A stretch of 63,503 nucleotides of DNA, counting the filler, from Chiloscyllium plagiosum (lineage: Eukaryota), in assembly GCF_004010195.1 (NCBI RefSeq). It is 3 parts of one record of this genome, joined end to end, with 100 filler letters (N's around TTAATTAATTAA, not from the genome) between each part and the next. Parts side by side here need not be neighbours in the genome. Positions count along the whole stretch, not along the records: positions 43,540 to 63,503 come from NC_057714.1; 2 more parts are not named here. One strand, given 5' to 3'. The position numbers and the translations under genes were made by a program. Below are positions 62,565 through 63,503 of this stretch, in pieces. The notes under the pieces were generated by a model. The model was not told the origin of the DNA and did no database searches. It worked only from the letters and a program-made list of their open reading frames with translations. The number at the start of each line of letters is the position of its first letter. Positions within the stretch are counted from its first letter, which is position 1.

Positions 62565-63503
62565 TGAAATGGTTAAAATGGGATTAAAAACTGCCAGCAT
62601 CAATGTGCGTAGCATCAAATCGGCTACGCGATGTGTTTCTACGATGGCCTTCCTGGTCTTCCTGGCCAATGTTAAATCCAATGTCCTATTTCTGCAGGAG
62701 TGTGGGATACCGCACCTCAGCAGCTACAGGAGATGGTTGAGCTTGTGGGCCGATGGGCCGTCAGTTTGGTCGGGGGACAATGATAGACGCGCCTCCGGCC
62801 TGGGTATCCTGTGGAGAGGAGGCAGCTTCACCATCTCCGAGGTTAAGGAGGTGGTGGGCGGGCGCCTCCTTGTTGCCGACGTCATGTACAGGAATGCTCC
62901 CCTGAGACTGATTAATGTGTACGCCCCAGTGGGTAAGAGTGAACGGTTGGCCGTCCTGCAGCAGCTTCCACTGTTGCTGGCTACGGCCAGGCCGGTCATT
63001 CTGGCCTGAGACTTCAACTGTATCATTGATGCAGATGGACGATCGGCGGAGGGGACAGTAAACTGGACGTCACATCCAGAGCCCTGATGGACATGGTAAA
63101 AAATGCCAAGCTACACAACATCTTCAGCACCCCTGCAGACGGAGCGCAGCATAGATACACCTGGTCACGGGCAGACGGGTCTATCCGCTCAAGGATAGAT
63201 TACTACTTTGTGTCCTGAACGCTCTCGGTCAGATCCACCGACGTCAAGCCAGTGTTCTTCTCCGACCACTGCCTCCTGCTGGCCGACTGTCACCTACAGG
63301 ACGAGCAGCGGGCTGGTAAGGGAACGTGGAAGCTGAACACCAAGCTGTTGACCCCGGGAAACATTGAGGAGCTCAAGAGGGACTACGCAGGTTGGAGAAC
63401 CGTGAAGCCCCTCTTTGAGTCCCCAGCGGACTGGTGGGAAACAGTAAAAGGGAACATCAAGAGGTTCTTCACCCTCAAAGGTGTTCAGGAGGTGAGAGAG
63501 AGG
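62565..63503 (+). mobile_element. Tx1-clade LINE ORF2 5' part (APE endonuclease), inactivated, runs off the window
   Basis: MGLKTASINVRSIK..VLFLQEC..ASGLGIL..LINVYAP..ILA*DFNC; TGA at 63007-63009; reverse-complement match to 627-1313. Confidence 0.92.

Overview
Eukaryotic, repeat-dense genomic DNA with six N gaps/gap clusters. The repeat inventory (HE1/V-SINE-type tRNA SINEs, CR1, Rex1, Tx1, several Penelope families) points to a cartilaginous fish, probably a shark (inference). The only host coding sequence I can support is one 103-bp + strand exon at 35700-35802 (CVSPKGRGFMLGAYDCSCKSGFYRPSSVSLKSFD), matching the EGF-like third exon of GPR158, so the window is probably introns 2 and 3 of a GPR158(-like) gene. 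The six-frame ORF track missed this exon. The rest is mostly dead retroelements: two oppositely oriented Tx1 copies at the window ends, many CR1 pieces (some nested), Rex1, Gypsy relics, Harbinger Myb/SANT relics, SINEs and three minisatellites (42, 33 and 26 bp units). The most notable structure is a dense set of Penelope-like element (PLE) relics from at least 3-4 families. They carry minimal hammerhead-ribozyme cores and an asymmetric inverted-repeat architecture with a ~34-40 nt tail. I see no CRISPR array or prokaryotic system, and nothing I can establish as a wholly new system. Family names come from recalled motifs, not database searches. Boundaries of old repeats are approximate and identities are estimated by eye.
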